From Sandaracinaceae bacterium (GTDB lineage: Bacteria > Myxococcota_A > Polyangia > Polyangiales > Sandaracinaceae), in the NCBI GenBank assembly GCA_044220955.1, contig JBGAQA010000024.1, forward strand, positions 20,197 through 84,196: a stretch of 64,000 nucleotides of DNA, written 5' to 3'. This document shows, one piece after another, positions 23,652 through 35,387 of this stretch. Each line of letters starts with the position of its first letter. Within the stretch, counting starts at the first letter, position 1. The position numbers and the translations under genes were made by a program. Under the pieces are notes generated by a model. The model worked only from the letters and a program-made list of their open reading frames with translations, searched no databases and was not told the origin of the DNA.

Positions 23652-24554
23652 ATGAGCGGGCGGCGCGCGGCAGTCGTCTCGCTCGCGTGGCTCGCGCTCG
23701 GGGTCGGGCTGACCCGAGGCGTGGCGCAGGCGCCCAGCGACGCCGTCCACTTCCGGCAGGTGCATCTGCGCGCCTGGGATGGCGCCGACGGGCGCGTCCT
23801 GGTCACCTTTCCTCGTCGCGCCGATGGACGCGAGCACGCGTCGCACGAGCGACTGCCCATCGTGATCGCGCTTCACGGCCAGGGGGAGGCCCGGCGTGGC
23901 GCCGAGCGCGGCGTGCTCGGCTGGGTCTCCGACTACCACCTGCCGGACGCGTTCGCGGCGCTCGCGCGCGGCAGGCTGACCGAGGCCGACTACCAGGGAT
24001 TCGTACGACCGGAGCACCTGGCGGCGCGGAACCGCGCGCTCGCGGCCCGTGCCTTCCAGGGTGTGTGCGTCGTGACACCGTACACGCCGGACCTGATGAG
24101 CGAGCCGCCGGGAGCCGACGCCCTTCGCCGCTACGGGGACTGGCTCGTCGGGCCGATGCTCGCCGCCGTGCGGGCGGAGGTGCCTTTCGTCGCGCTCACG
24201 CGTGACGGGACCGGGATCGACGGGGTGTCGCTCGGCGGCATGATCGCCCTCGAGGTCGGGCTCCGCCACCCGGCCGAGCTCGGGAGCGTCGGGGCCATCC
24301 AGCCGGCGATCCGTGACCGCGTCGCGGCGCTGGCGGCGCTGGCCGACGGCACGCAACGCCTGCGTCTCGTGTCGAGTGACGACGATCCGTTCCTCGGGGT
24401 GACGCGGGAGCTCTCGGCTGCCTTGTTGGCTCGCCAGGCCGACCACGACCTCGTGGTGACCCCGGGGCCCCACGGCTACGACTTCAACCGCGGGCCGGGC
24501 GGCGTCGAGCTGCTCTTCTTCCACGATCGCGCGCTCGCGCGCGAGGCGATGTGA
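23652..24554 (+). CDS. Exported alpha/beta hydrolase (esterase-like)
   Basis: Signal peptide, IALHG, nucleophile GVSLGG, DDPF and GPHGYDF triad-like motifs. Confidence 0.7.
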   Translation: MSGRRAAVVSLAWLALGVGLTRGVAQAPSDAVHFRQVHLRAWDGADGRVLVTFPRRADGREHASHERLPIVIALHGQGEARRGAERGVLGWVSDYHLPDAFAALARGRLTEADYQGFVRPEHLAARNRALAARAFQGVCVVTPYTPDLMSEPPGADALRRYGDWLVGPMLAAVRAEVPFVALTRDGTGIDGVSLGGMIALEVGLRHPAELGSVGAIQPAIRDRVAALAALADGTQRLRLVSSDDDPFLGVTRELSAALLARQADHDLVVTPGPHGYDFNRGPGGVELLFFHDRALAREAM

Positions 24555-24647
24555 GACCTGTCGCGTCTCGAAACCGCGCGAATTCGGTGTCTTGGCGCGA
24601 GTCGGCGTTGACCCGGCCGCCGCGATCGGCATAGATAGTCGACGTCC

Positions 24648-25121
24648 ATGGAGAAGGTCCCGATGACTCCGGAGGGGCACGCTGCCCTCCACGCCGAGCT
24701 CGCCCAGCTCAAGAACGTCGAGCGCCTGAAGATCTCGCGCGAGATCGGGGTCGCGCGCGAGCACGGCGACCTCCGCGAGAACGCCGAGTATCACGCCGCA
24801 AAAGAGAAACAGGGGATGATCGAGGCGCGCATCGCCGTGCTCGAGGACCACATCGCGCGGGCGGACGTCATCGACCCGAAGAACAACGTGGGCGACACGA
24901 TCAAGTTCGGCGCGCACGTGACGCTCGAGGACACCGAGACCGGCGACGTGAAGAAGTACCGGATCGTGGGGCCCGACGAGGCCGACATCAAGAAGGGCAC
25001 CATCGCGGCGACCTCGCCCGTGGCCCGAGCTCTCGTCGGTCGGCGCGCGGGGGACGAGGTCACGGTGAAGGCGCCGGGCGGCGAGCGCGTGTACGAGATC
25101 AAGAAGATCGCCTGGGAGTGA
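24648..25121 (+). CDS. greA: Transcription elongation factor GreA
   Basis: MTPEG, AREHGDLRENAEYHAAKE, SPVARAL. Confidence 0.97.
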   Translation: MEKVPMTPEGHAALHAELAQLKNVERLKISREIGVAREHGDLRENAEYHAAKEKQGMIEARIAVLEDHIARADVIDPKNNVGDTIKFGAHVTLEDTETGDVKKYRIVGPDEADIKKGTIAATSPVARALVGRRAGDEVTVKAPGGERVYEIKKIAWE

Positions 25122-25128
25122 GCGGGAC

Positions 25129-25551
25129 GTGTCCGTCCACCAGGCGACCATCGAGCTCGACTTCGCCGTACCGCCGGCGCGCCTCTGGGAGGCGATCACG
25201 GACCACGAGGGGATGACCAAGTGGGCCGGCGCGCCCGTGCGCCTCATCGCCCGCGGCGACGCCGACGGTGTGGGTGCCGTGCGACGTGTCCGGATGGGCG
25301 CCCTCTCGATCGACGAAGAGGTGGTCTACGCGGACGCGCCGCGACGCCTCGTGTATCGGATCGTGCGCGGCATGCCCGTCAGCTTCCACCGCGGCGAGAT
25401 GCTGGTGCTGCCCACGGAGAAAGGGTCTCGCCTCACGTGGAAGATCCTGCTCGCCTCCGACGTGCCCGGCTTCGCCCGGCTCACGGCGAGGACGCTCGAG
25501 CGTGCGCTCGGCCGCGGCCTGCGGGAGCTGCGGGGGCTCATCGGCGGCTGA
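25129..25551 (+). CDS. SRPBCC/polyketide cyclase family protein
   Basis: PPARLWEAITDHEGMTKW..GVGAVRRV..EEVV..PRRLVYRI pattern. Confidence 0.8.
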   Translation: MSVHQATIELDFAVPPARLWEAITDHEGMTKWAGAPVRLIARGDADGVGAVRRVRMGALSIDEEVVYADAPRRLVYRIVRGMPVSFHRGEMLVLPTEKGSRLTWKILLASDVPGFARLTARTLERALGRGLRELRGLIGG

Positions 25552-25571
25552 GCGCCCGGGTCCGCCCGAGC

Positions 25572-27296
25572 TCACCTGAACGGTCCGCGGGTCGGGCGTA
25601 GCGCAACGGCGAGACCGAGCGAGGCGGCGACGATCTCGGAGGCCCGGTCGGGCGCGAGCCCGGCGCCGAGCGGCGCGTCGAGCGTCACCCGGATTCCCTC
25701 CGCGTCCACGCGCACGTGCCCGAAGCGCGCCAGCCGGCCGAGCGCCTCCCGTGCCCCGGGCGCGAGCCGCGCGGCCGTCGCCTCCGCGATGCCTTCCGCG
25801 TCGGTGGTGACCGGCTGCTCGAGGCGCAGCTCCAGCGCCGGCCGCACCGAGACGAGGGTGCCGCTCGGCGTGCCTGCGTCGTCGAAGAGCGTCACGACCT
25901 CGACCGACGCGTCCGGGCCTGCCGCGACGACGCGCGCGTGTCCAGGCTCGAGCGTTCCGGCGAGGCGCTCGGCGAGCGCGCGCCACGCGCTCGCCGAGTC
26001 GACGAGCGCGGTCGGCATCGGTGGCGCGAGCGCGAGGGCCTCCGCGATCGCCGCCATGTCTCGCACCACGCGCCCGACGCTCGCGCGATCGTTGGCCGGC
26101 GTCGCGATCGCGTAGCGCAGGGTTGTGTCCGTCATCTCGATCGCACGGGCGCGCCGGAGCAAGCCAGCGATGCGCGCGACGAGGACGGCCGCCTGGCTGG
26201 GGTCGCGCGCGCGGACCACGCAGCGGGGGCTGAGGCCCGCGCGCCTCGCGGTGGCGCGGCCCTGCACCGAGAGCGCCGCGAGCGCCGGCTCGTGGACGTG
26301 CAGCCCCAGGTGGAGCGAGGGCATCTCGACGCGGACCGTGAGGCGGGTGCCATCGCGCGTCAGCTCGCGGCTCGCCCTGGCGAGGACCCCGCCGCGCTCG
26401 ACCACGAGGGTCGGGCCACTCTCGACGCGAGCGCCCTCTGCCGCGCCCACGCTGGTGAAGAGCTCGAGCAGGCGGGCCTCGCCGACGTGAGGGGGCACGA
26501 CGCGCCTCGCGCCGCGGAGGCCGCCCGGGTCGACCAGCCGGATCGGCAGCGAGGCCGACACGACCGGCCCGAAGCGCCCGCGCGCCTCTCCTTCGAGCCG
26601 GTAGACGAGATCCAGCCCCGGCATGCGCGTCGTGGGGGTGAGGTCATCGGGCACGCGGAACGCGAACGAGCCGGGCCGATCCAGGGCGACGCTCCACGCG
26701 CCGACGCGCGTCATGACCCCGTCGCGCTCCTCGTAGAGCGCGAGGGCGACGCGGCTGGCGACGCGCCCCACGTCGCGCAACACGAAGGTCCCGTCGATCA
26801 CACCACCGACCTCCACGGTGTCGGTGCCGATCGCGATCTCGGCGTAGGGGCTGCCGGCCTGGGGCCCCTCGATGCGTGAGACGCCCACGCGGGGTGTGCC
26901 CGCGACGGGCTCGCTCGGCGGCGCGACGACGTGCAGCGCGAACTCCGAGCGCGCGTCGGGCCACCACGGGATCGACGCGTGGACGCTCACCTCGTAGACG
27001 ACCCGCGTCGCCGGCCCCGGGTGCGAGCGCGGCGCGTCCGCGGGGAGGGTCATCCGGCAGGGCAGCTCCGTGGTGCCGACGGAGAGGACGCGTCGCTCGG
27101 AGACGCGCCCGGCGAGCGTGGCGAGCGTCCGCACCTCCTCCCCCCAGACGAGGCGCCCGGCGAGCGCGAGGTCGCACCACTCGATCTCGACCTCCCGCTC
27201 GGCGTCGAGCAGCACAGCCACATCGAAGGGTCGTCCCGGGACGACGTCGCGAGGGGCGCGCAAGCGCACGCGGGGGCGCGTCCGGAGCAGCGGCAC
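25572..27296 (-). CDS. Hypothetical protein with arrestin/SpoOM-like N-terminal domains
   Basis: 574 aa; LPADAPRS..YEVSVHASIPWWPD and FAFRVPDDLTPT resemble arrestin-N folds. Confidence 0.55.
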   Translation of the reverse strand: MPLLRTRPRVRLRAPRDVVPGRPFDVAVLLDAEREVEIEWCDLALAGRLVWGEEVRTLATLAGRVSERRVLSVGTTELPCRMTLPADAPRSHPGPATRVVYEVSVHASIPWWPDARSEFALHVVAPPSEPVAGTPRVGVSRIEGPQAGSPYAEIAIGTDTVEVGGVIDGTFVLRDVGRVASRVALALYEERDGVMTRVGAWSVALDRPGSFAFRVPDDLTPTTRMPGLDLVYRLEGEARGRFGPVVSASLPIRLVDPGGLRGARRVVPPHVGEARLLELFTSVGAAEGARVESGPTLVVERGGVLARASRELTRDGTRLTVRVEMPSLHLGLHVHEPALAALSVQGRATARRAGLSPRCVVRARDPSQAAVLVARIAGLLRRARAIEMTDTTLRYAIATPANDRASVGRVVRDMAAIAEALALAPPMPTALVDSASAWRALAERLAGTLEPGHARVVAAGPDASVEVVTLFDDAGTPSGTLVSVRPALELRLEQPVTTDAEGIAEATAARLAPGAREALGRLARFGHVRVDAEGIRVTLDAPLGAGLAPDRASEIVAASLGLAVALRPTRGPFR

Positions 27297-27352
27297 GCCG
27301 CATCCTACCTGGCTTCCGGAACGCGCGGCCTGCGTGCGATGCTCCGCGCGCC

Positions 27353-28981
27353 ATGACGAATCGTGCTCGCTCGCTCGCCGTCCTCATCGCCGCGCTCGCG
27401 GCCTTCGGGTGCGCCGGGACACCGCACCCTCGCACCGTCGCCCGCGCCGAGCCGCCGCCCGAGCCGCCCCTACCGCGGCTCCCGTGGGAGACGGTGCGCC
27501 CGGTCGCGCCGACGATCGAGTCGGCTCTCGTCGCGATCACCGGGGCTACCGTGATGACGGCGAGCGGGCAGGTGATCGAGCACGGCGTCGTCCTGATCGA
27601 GGACGGCCGCATCCGCGCGGTCGGTGCGGCCTCGAGCGTGAGCGTCCCGCGCGGGGCGACGATCGTGGACGCGACGGGAAGGTTCGTGACGCCGGGCGTG
27701 ATCGACACGCACTCGCACATGGGCGTGTACCCGGTGCCGGAGGTGACGGCGCACGACGACGGCAACGAAGCGACGTCGCCGGTCACTGCACAGGTGCGCG
27801 CGATCGACTCGTTCTGGCCCCAGGATCCCGCCCTCGCGCGGGCGCTCGCGTCGGGCATCACGACGATCCAGGTGCTGCCCGGCTCGGCGAACCTGATCGG
27901 CGGTGCCGGCGAGACCATCCACATGCACCTCGGTCGCGCGGCGACGGAGATGGAGTTCCCCGAGGCGCCCGACACGATGAAGATGGCGTGCGGCGAGAAC
28001 CCCAAGCGGGTCTATGGCTCGGAGCACCAGTTCCCCTCGACGAGGATGGGCAACATCGCGGGCTACCGGGAGGCGTTCCAGCACGCGGTCGAGTACGGAC
28101 AGAGCTGGGCGCACTGGCAGGAGGAGCAGCAGCAGTGGCAGCGCAACCAGGACGCCTGGGCGCGGCACCAGGCGGAGGAGATGGAGGCGGTCGACGCGGC
28201 GGCGAGCGAGGGAGAGGGCGATGGCGATGGCGAGGGCGAGGGCGAGGGCGAGGGCGAGGGCGAGGGCGAGGGCGATGACGACGCCACCGATCCGGGCCCG
28301 GCGCCCACCCCGCCGGCGCGCGACTTCGGCCTCGAGCTCTTGCTCGGTGCCATCGAGGGGCGCGTGCTGGTGCAGATGCATTGCTATCGCGCGGACGAGA
28401 TGGCGCGGATGATCGAGATCAGCCACGAGTTCGGCTTCCGCATCCAGTCGTTTCACCACGCGGTCGAGGCCTACAAGATCCGGGACCTGCTCGCGGCCGA
28501 GGAGATCTCGATCAGCACGTGGGCCGACTGGTGGGGCTTCAAGCTCGAGGCGTTCGACGCCATCCCCGAGAACCTCGCGCTGCTCACGCAGGCCGGCGTG
28601 CGCGGCATCGTGCACTCGGACAGCCCGATGCTCACCCAGCGCTTGCCGCAGGAGGCGGCCAAGGCGATGACCGCCGGGCGAGAGCACGGCATCCCCATCA
28701 CGGACGACCAGGCGCTGCGCTGGATCACCGCGAACCCCGCGTGGGCGCTCGGGATCGACGATCGCGTCGGCACCCTCGAAGAGGGGCGGATCGCGGACGT
28801 GGTGGTGTGGTCGGGCTCGCCGTTCAGCGTCTACACGCACGCCGATCTCGTCTTCGTCGACGGCATCCTCGAGTACGACCGCGCGCGGGACGGGGCCGCG
28901 CCGATCACCGACTTCGAGGTCGGGATGGACCTCGAAGAGCCCGGCATCCCGCCGGCGAGCACGCTCGGAGGTGGCCGATGA
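27353..28981 (+). CDS. Amidohydrolase lipoprotein (metal ligands intact)
   Basis: Lipobox AAFGC, VTPGVIDTHSH, KMACGENPKRVY, HCYRAD, HHAVEAYK, HSD, ITANPA..GTLEEGRIADVVVW. Confidence 0.88.
   Translation: MTNRARSLAVLIAALAAFGCAGTPHPRTVARAEPPPEPPLPRLPWETVRPVAPTIESALVAITGATVMTASGQVIEHGVVLIEDGRIRAVGAASSVSVPRGATIVDATGRFVTPGVIDTHSHMGVYPVPEVTAHDDGNEATSPVTAQVRAIDSFWPQDPALARALASGITTIQVLPGSANLIGGAGETIHMHLGRAATEMEFPEAPDTMKMACGENPKRVYGSEHQFPSTRMGNIAGYREAFQHAVEYGQSWAHWQEEQQQWQRNQDAWARHQAEEMEAVDAAASEGEGDGDGEGEGEGEGEGEGEGDDDATDPGPAPTPPARDFGLELLLGAIEGRVLVQMHCYRADEMARMIEISHEFGFRIQSFHHAVEAYKIRDLLAAEEISISTWADWWGFKLEAFDAIPENLALLTQAGVRGIVHSDSPMLTQRLPQEAAKAMTAGREHGIPITDDQALRWITANPAWALGIDDRVGTLEEGRIADVVVWSGSPFSVYTHADLVFVDGILEYDRARDGAAPITDFEVGMDLEEPGIPPASTLGGGR
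28229..28270 (+). repeat. (GGCGAG)7 in-frame tandem repeat encoding (GE)n
   Basis: Seven perfect hexamer copies flanked by GGCGAT variants. Confidence 0.9.
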
Positions 28982-30444
28982 GCTCGCGCTCGATCCTCGT
29001 CGTGCTCGCCGCGACGCTCGCCCTGCCGTCTCCGGTGGCGGCGCAGCCCGCCCGTCCGCCCGCGCACGGGCACACTGGCCTCGCCTCGGCGATCGAGACC
29101 TCGATCGCGATCACGGGCGGCCGTCTCCGCCTCGGCGACGGGCACGACTTGGAGAACGCGACGATCGTCATCCGCGGCGACCGCATCGTGAGCGTCGCGT
29201 CGGGCGCGGCGGCCCCGCCCGACGCCACCGTCATCGATGCGACCGGACAGAACGTCACCGCCGGGCTCATCTCGCTGATGACGCCGATCGGCCTGGGCGA
29301 GATCGAGCTCGAGACCTCGACGATGGACATCGGCCAGGAGGGCGAGGACGCGGACGCCATCCGCGCCGCCTTCTCCGCGGCCGACGGCTACAACCCGCTC
29401 TCCACCCTGATCCCGGTCGCTCGTCTCGGGGGTGTGACGTCCGCGCTCTGCGTCCCCGAGGGTGGCCTCGTGCCCGGGACCAGCGCCTGGGTCGACCTCG
29501 CCGGCCGCACCCTCTCCTCGGTCGTCCGCGACGACACGGCCGCGCTCCACGTCAGCTACGACGACACGGGCTTCTCGGCGGTGCACGGGGCGCGCTCGTC
29601 CGCCATCGAGGCTCTACGCTCGCTCTTCGACGACGCGCGCCTCTACCAGCGCTCGCACGCGCAGTACGACCGCGGCCAGTTCCGCGACACCGACATCTCG
29701 CGCCTGGATCTCGAGCGGGTCGGGGCCGCGATGCGTGGGGAGTTGCCCATCGTGGTCCGCACGGCGCGCGCGAGCGACATCCTGCGCGTGCTCGCCCTCG
29801 CCGACGAGTACGGCCTCCGCGTGGTGCTCTCCGGGGTCGAGGAGGGCTGGATGGTCGCGCAGGAGATCGAGGCCGCGCACGTGCCCGTGATCGTCGAGCC
29901 GATGGCGAACCTGCCGACCCGCTTCTCCGCGCTGCACACGCGCTACGACAACGCCGCGCTCCTCGCGCAGGCCGGCGTCGACGTGATGATCATGTCTCCC
30001 GGCGCCTGGGACGTGCACAACCTCCGGCAGGAGGCCGGCAACGCGGTCGCCAACGGGATGAACTGGGACGCCGCGCTCCGCGCGGTCACGTCGATCCCCG
30101 CGCGCGTGTTCGGGATGGACGGCCAGTACGGCACGATCGCTCCCGATCACATCGCGAACGTCGTGGTGTGGAGCGGTGATCCCTTCGAGGTCACCACGGT
30201 CGCGCGGCACGTGATCATCCGAGGCCACGACGTGCCGCTCGTCTCGCGCCAGACGGAGCTCTTCGAGCGCTACCGCGCGCTCGACGAGACCCGCCGCGGA
30301 TACCGGGAGCCCTGGTCCGTGCCCGTCGTGCCGCCGGACGACGACGCGGAGGACGACGCGGAGGACGACGCGCAGGACGAGAGCGAGGTGAGGGCCGAGG
30401 ACGCGGCGAGCGCGGACCCCCTCGGGACCCTCGTCGCGGACTGA
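28978..30444 (+). CDS. Exported amidohydrolase-family protein lacking HxH (likely non-catalytic partner)
   Basis: Signal peptide; VTAGLISLMT replaces PG.IDxHxH; ALRAVTSIPA..GTIAP..ANVVVWSGDPFE; ATGA overlap with upstream gene. Confidence 0.82.
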   Translation: MSSRSILVVLAATLALPSPVAAQPARPPAHGHTGLASAIETSIAITGGRLRLGDGHDLENATIVIRGDRIVSVASGAAAPPDATVIDATGQNVTAGLISLMTPIGLGEIELETSTMDIGQEGEDADAIRAAFSAADGYNPLSTLIPVARLGGVTSALCVPEGGLVPGTSAWVDLAGRTLSSVVRDDTAALHVSYDDTGFSAVHGARSSAIEALRSLFDDARLYQRSHAQYDRGQFRDTDISRLDLERVGAAMRGELPIVVRTARASDILRVLALADEYGLRVVLSGVEEGWMVAQEIEAAHVPVIVEPMANLPTRFSALHTRYDNAALLAQAGVDVMIMSPGAWDVHNLRQEAGNAVANGMNWDAALRAVTSIPARVFGMDGQYGTIAPDHIANVVVWSGDPFEVTTVARHVIIRGHDVPLVSRQTELFERYRALDETRRGYREPWSVPVVPPDDDAEDDAEDDAQDESEVRAEDAASADPLGTLVAD

Positions 30445-30536
30445 CGGGGCCTTCGACCGGCGGTTTCTTGGGCATGGAGTGGATGTGGGATAAAGTCCTA
30501 CCAACGCATCGAGGCGATGCGGTTGGGAGGCCCTTC

Positions 30537-30935
30537 ATGAGCACGTCACGCGTTCCGATTCGCAAGACGACCCGCCACGTCGTTCGCACGCGCGGGCAGA
30601 TCGTGGATCTCGAGAGCTTCAAGCTGATCGGGGATCGGTTCCTCGACGTGAGCGCCCAGGGATGCCTCGTCGCGTGCGACCGGGGCGTGATCGCCGGCCA
30701 GCGCATGCTGATGTCGTTCCGGCTGCCCTCGAGCGGCCTCTGGTTCGACGCGGAGGGCGAGATCGTTCGCGTGGTCGAGGGCTGGCGCGACGGAGATCCC
30801 GGGTACGCCGCCGGCGTCCGCTTCGTGGAGTTCGAGCGACGCGCGCGGCTCGAGCTGGGGATCGACCTGCGGGCCTTGCCGCAGGCCCCCATGACGCGCT
30901 CTCCGACGCAGCGACTCCGCCAGCTCGCGGCGTGA
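30537..30935 (+). CDS. PilZ domain protein
   Basis: RKTTR (RxxxR) and DVSAQG (DxSxxG) c-di-GMP motifs, GEIVRV, GVRF; SD gggagg. Confidence 0.85.
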   Translation: MSTSRVPIRKTTRHVVRTRGQIVDLESFKLIGDRFLDVSAQGCLVACDRGVIAGQRMLMSFRLPSSGLWFDAEGEIVRVVEGWRDGDPGYAAGVRFVEFERRARLELGIDLRALPQAPMTRSPTQRLRQLAA

Positions 30936-30942
30936 GCGTGCG

Positions 30943-31299
30943 TCAGTCCGAGGCCACGCCGCCGCGGAAGACGAAGAACGCCGCTGCGCAGAGGCAGAGC
31001 GTGGCGTAGACGAAGTCCATCCCGACCGGACGCCGGAAGTAGAACGCGGCGAACGCCATGAAGACGCCCATGGTGATCAGCTCCTGGATCACCTTGAGCT
31101 GACCGAGGCTGAGCGCGCCGAACCCGATGCGGTTCGCGGGGACCTGGAAGCAGTACTCGAAGAACGCGATGCCCCAGCTCACGCCGATCGCCACCCAGAG
31201 CGGTCGGTCGCGCAGATCGCGCAGGTGCCCGTACCACGCGAACGTCATGAAGACGTTCGAGACGACGAGCAGGACGACGGTGCGTGCCCAGACCGGCAT
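30943..31299 (-). CDS. DMT family small membrane protein (DUF486-like)
   Basis: SNVFMTFAWYGHL..SWGIAFFEYCFQVPANRIG..QLKVIQE. Confidence 0.9.
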   Translation of the reverse strand: MPVWARTVVLLVVSNVFMTFAWYGHLRDLRDRPLWVAIGVSWGIAFFEYCFQVPANRIGFGALSLGQLKVIQELITMGVFMAFAAFYFRRPVGMDFVYATLCLCAAAFFVFRGGVASD

Positions 31300-31379
31300 G
31301 GCCGCAGATTCCGCGCAATGGCGCGGCAGGGCCAGTTTCCAGCGCGCCCGCGCGAGCGTTTTGGTAGCGTTGCCGCCGG

Positions 31380-32891
<1,512 letters not shown>

Positions 32892-32895
32892 CCCA

Positions 32896-32936
32896 GCAAA
32901 GACGAACGGCGCCTGGGCTGACCCAGGCGCCGTTCG
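32896..32936. terminator. Intrinsic terminator between convergent activator gene and tRNA
   Basis: Perfect 15-bp stem cgaacggcgcctggg-ctga-cccaggcgccgttcg (32903-32936); tctttg tail on minus strand. Confidence 0.8.
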
Positions 32937-32940
32937 AGGA

Positions 32941-33023
32941 TGCGGAAGAGAGGACTTGAACCTCCACGGGGGTTACCCGCCAGATCCTTAGTCTGGTGCG
33001 TCTGCCAATTCCGCCACTTCCGC
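32941..33023 (-). tRNA. tRNA-Leu with AAG anticodon (CCA not encoded)
   Basis: Minus strand GCGGAAG-TGGCGGAATTGGCAGACGCA-CCAGA CTAAGGA TCTGG-long variable arm-GGAGG TTCAAGT CCTCT-CTTCCGC-A; 83 nt class II cloverleaf, discriminator A. Confidence 0.92.
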
Positions 33024-33037
33024 GTAGCAGGGGGCGG

Positions 33038-33065
33038 ACTGTATTCGGCGATGCTCCGAAGTCAA
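33038..33065 (-). promoter_or_regulatory. Sigma70-type promoter of the tRNA
   Basis: TTGACT-16 nt-TACAGT ending 14 nt upstream of tRNA 5' end. Confidence 0.7.
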
Positions 33066-33081
33066 GGCCTGCGGGGCCGCG

Positions 33082-33405
33082 TCAGCGCCCGACGGCGCGG
33101 GCCAGCAGGCGCTCGTAGCGATCCTGGAAGCGTCCGAGCCGAGCCTGCTCGCGCAGCGTCAGCAGGCCGTCCGAGTAGGCGCGCTCCTGATACTGCTGGA
33201 TGCGCAGCATCTGCTGGTTCAGCACCGCCGCCTCGCGTGCGTCGATCCGACCGGCCGCGATCGCCTGCTGGTATCGGGTCTCCTGGTCCCGCTGTCGCTG
33301 CTCGGTCGTCGTCTGCCCCGTGGGCGTCACGACCGTCTGAGCCGATGCCATGGTGGGCAGGGCGAGCGCGAGGGTGAAGCCGAGGATGCCGAGCGTACGG
33401 GACAT
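33082..33405 (-). CDS. Small secreted helical protein
   Basis: Signal peptide ..ASA-Q; repeated GRIDAREAAVL / GLLTLREQARL; SD ggagg. Confidence 0.75.
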   Translation of the reverse strand: MSRTLGILGFTLALALPTMASAQTVVTPTGQTTTEQRQRDQETRYQQAIAAGRIDAREAAVLNQQMLRIQQYQERAYSDGLLTLREQARLGRFQDRYERLLARAVGR

Positions 33406-33431
33406 GGGAAGCACCTCCACCCGCCACGCGA

Positions 33432-33448
33432 AGCAGGCCCCGTGCCGG
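33432..33448 (-). promoter_or_regulatory. Putative sigma54 -24/-12 promoter
   Basis: CCGGCACGGGGCCTGCT = GG-N10-GC with GGCACG, about 27 nt upstream of ATG 33405. Confidence 0.55.
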
Positions 33449-33541
33449 CGGCGGCGCCCCACGATCACCGCGTTTCCCTGGGGTCGCCGCCGACGCGCGC
33501 GAACTCCCGTTCTCAGGACGTGAACGAGCGTGCCGGGGTGG

Positions 33542-34906
<1,365 letters not shown>

Positions 34907-34952
34907 GGGGCAACGATAGCGGCCCCCGGCACCCCAGGTAAACGCCGTTCGG

Positions 34953-35387
34953 TCAGGCGATCTGCATGACCTCGCCGAACGCGAGCAAGAGAGGGAGCCC
35001 GCGCGGCAGGCCGTGGACGCGGAGCTGACCACTCCGGACGGCCCTCCACATCGAGCGGTTCACCTCGCCGCGCGGGTCCGGGAAGTGATGGAGCACGCGC
35101 CCCTTCAGGTTCTCCATCCGCGACATGTCGCCGATCGGCTCGAAGCCGCCCCGGATGGTGAGATCGGGGATGCCGATGACCCCGTCGTGCACGGTGGCGC
35201 GGCCGCGCTCGAAGACCCAGGTGACGGCGACGTCCGCGTCCTCCGCGAAGATCGCCAGCCGTCCGACGAGTCCGTCGAGCACGCGCGCACGGTCCGGGTG
35301 GTCCTCGAGGTTCTGGCGCATGATGGTGGCCAGCATGTTCGCCAGGCCGTTGTCCTCGGCCGACGGGGCGACGTCGATCGTGGCCAT
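34953..35387 (-). CDS. SCP2-like sterol/lipid-binding protein
   Basis: VAVTWVFERGRATVHDG..PDLTIRG..AVRSGQLRVHG; start overlaps upstream stop. Confidence 0.6.
   Translation of the reverse strand: MATIDVAPSAEDNGLANMLATIMRQNLEDHPDRARVLDGLVGRLAIFAEDADVAVTWVFERGRATVHDGVIGIPDLTIRGGFEPIGDMSRMENLKGRVLHHFPDPRGEVNRSMWRAVRSGQLRVHGLPRGLPLLLAFGEVMQIA

Noticed and set aside
30445..30536. c-di-GMP riboswitch before the PilZ gene
   Set aside because: Lacks the conserved two-stem consensus as I recall it; kept only as an SD-covering hairpin
32940..33377. 145-aa plus-strand ORF starting MRKRGLEPPR
   Set aside because: It is the antisense reading of the tRNA gene
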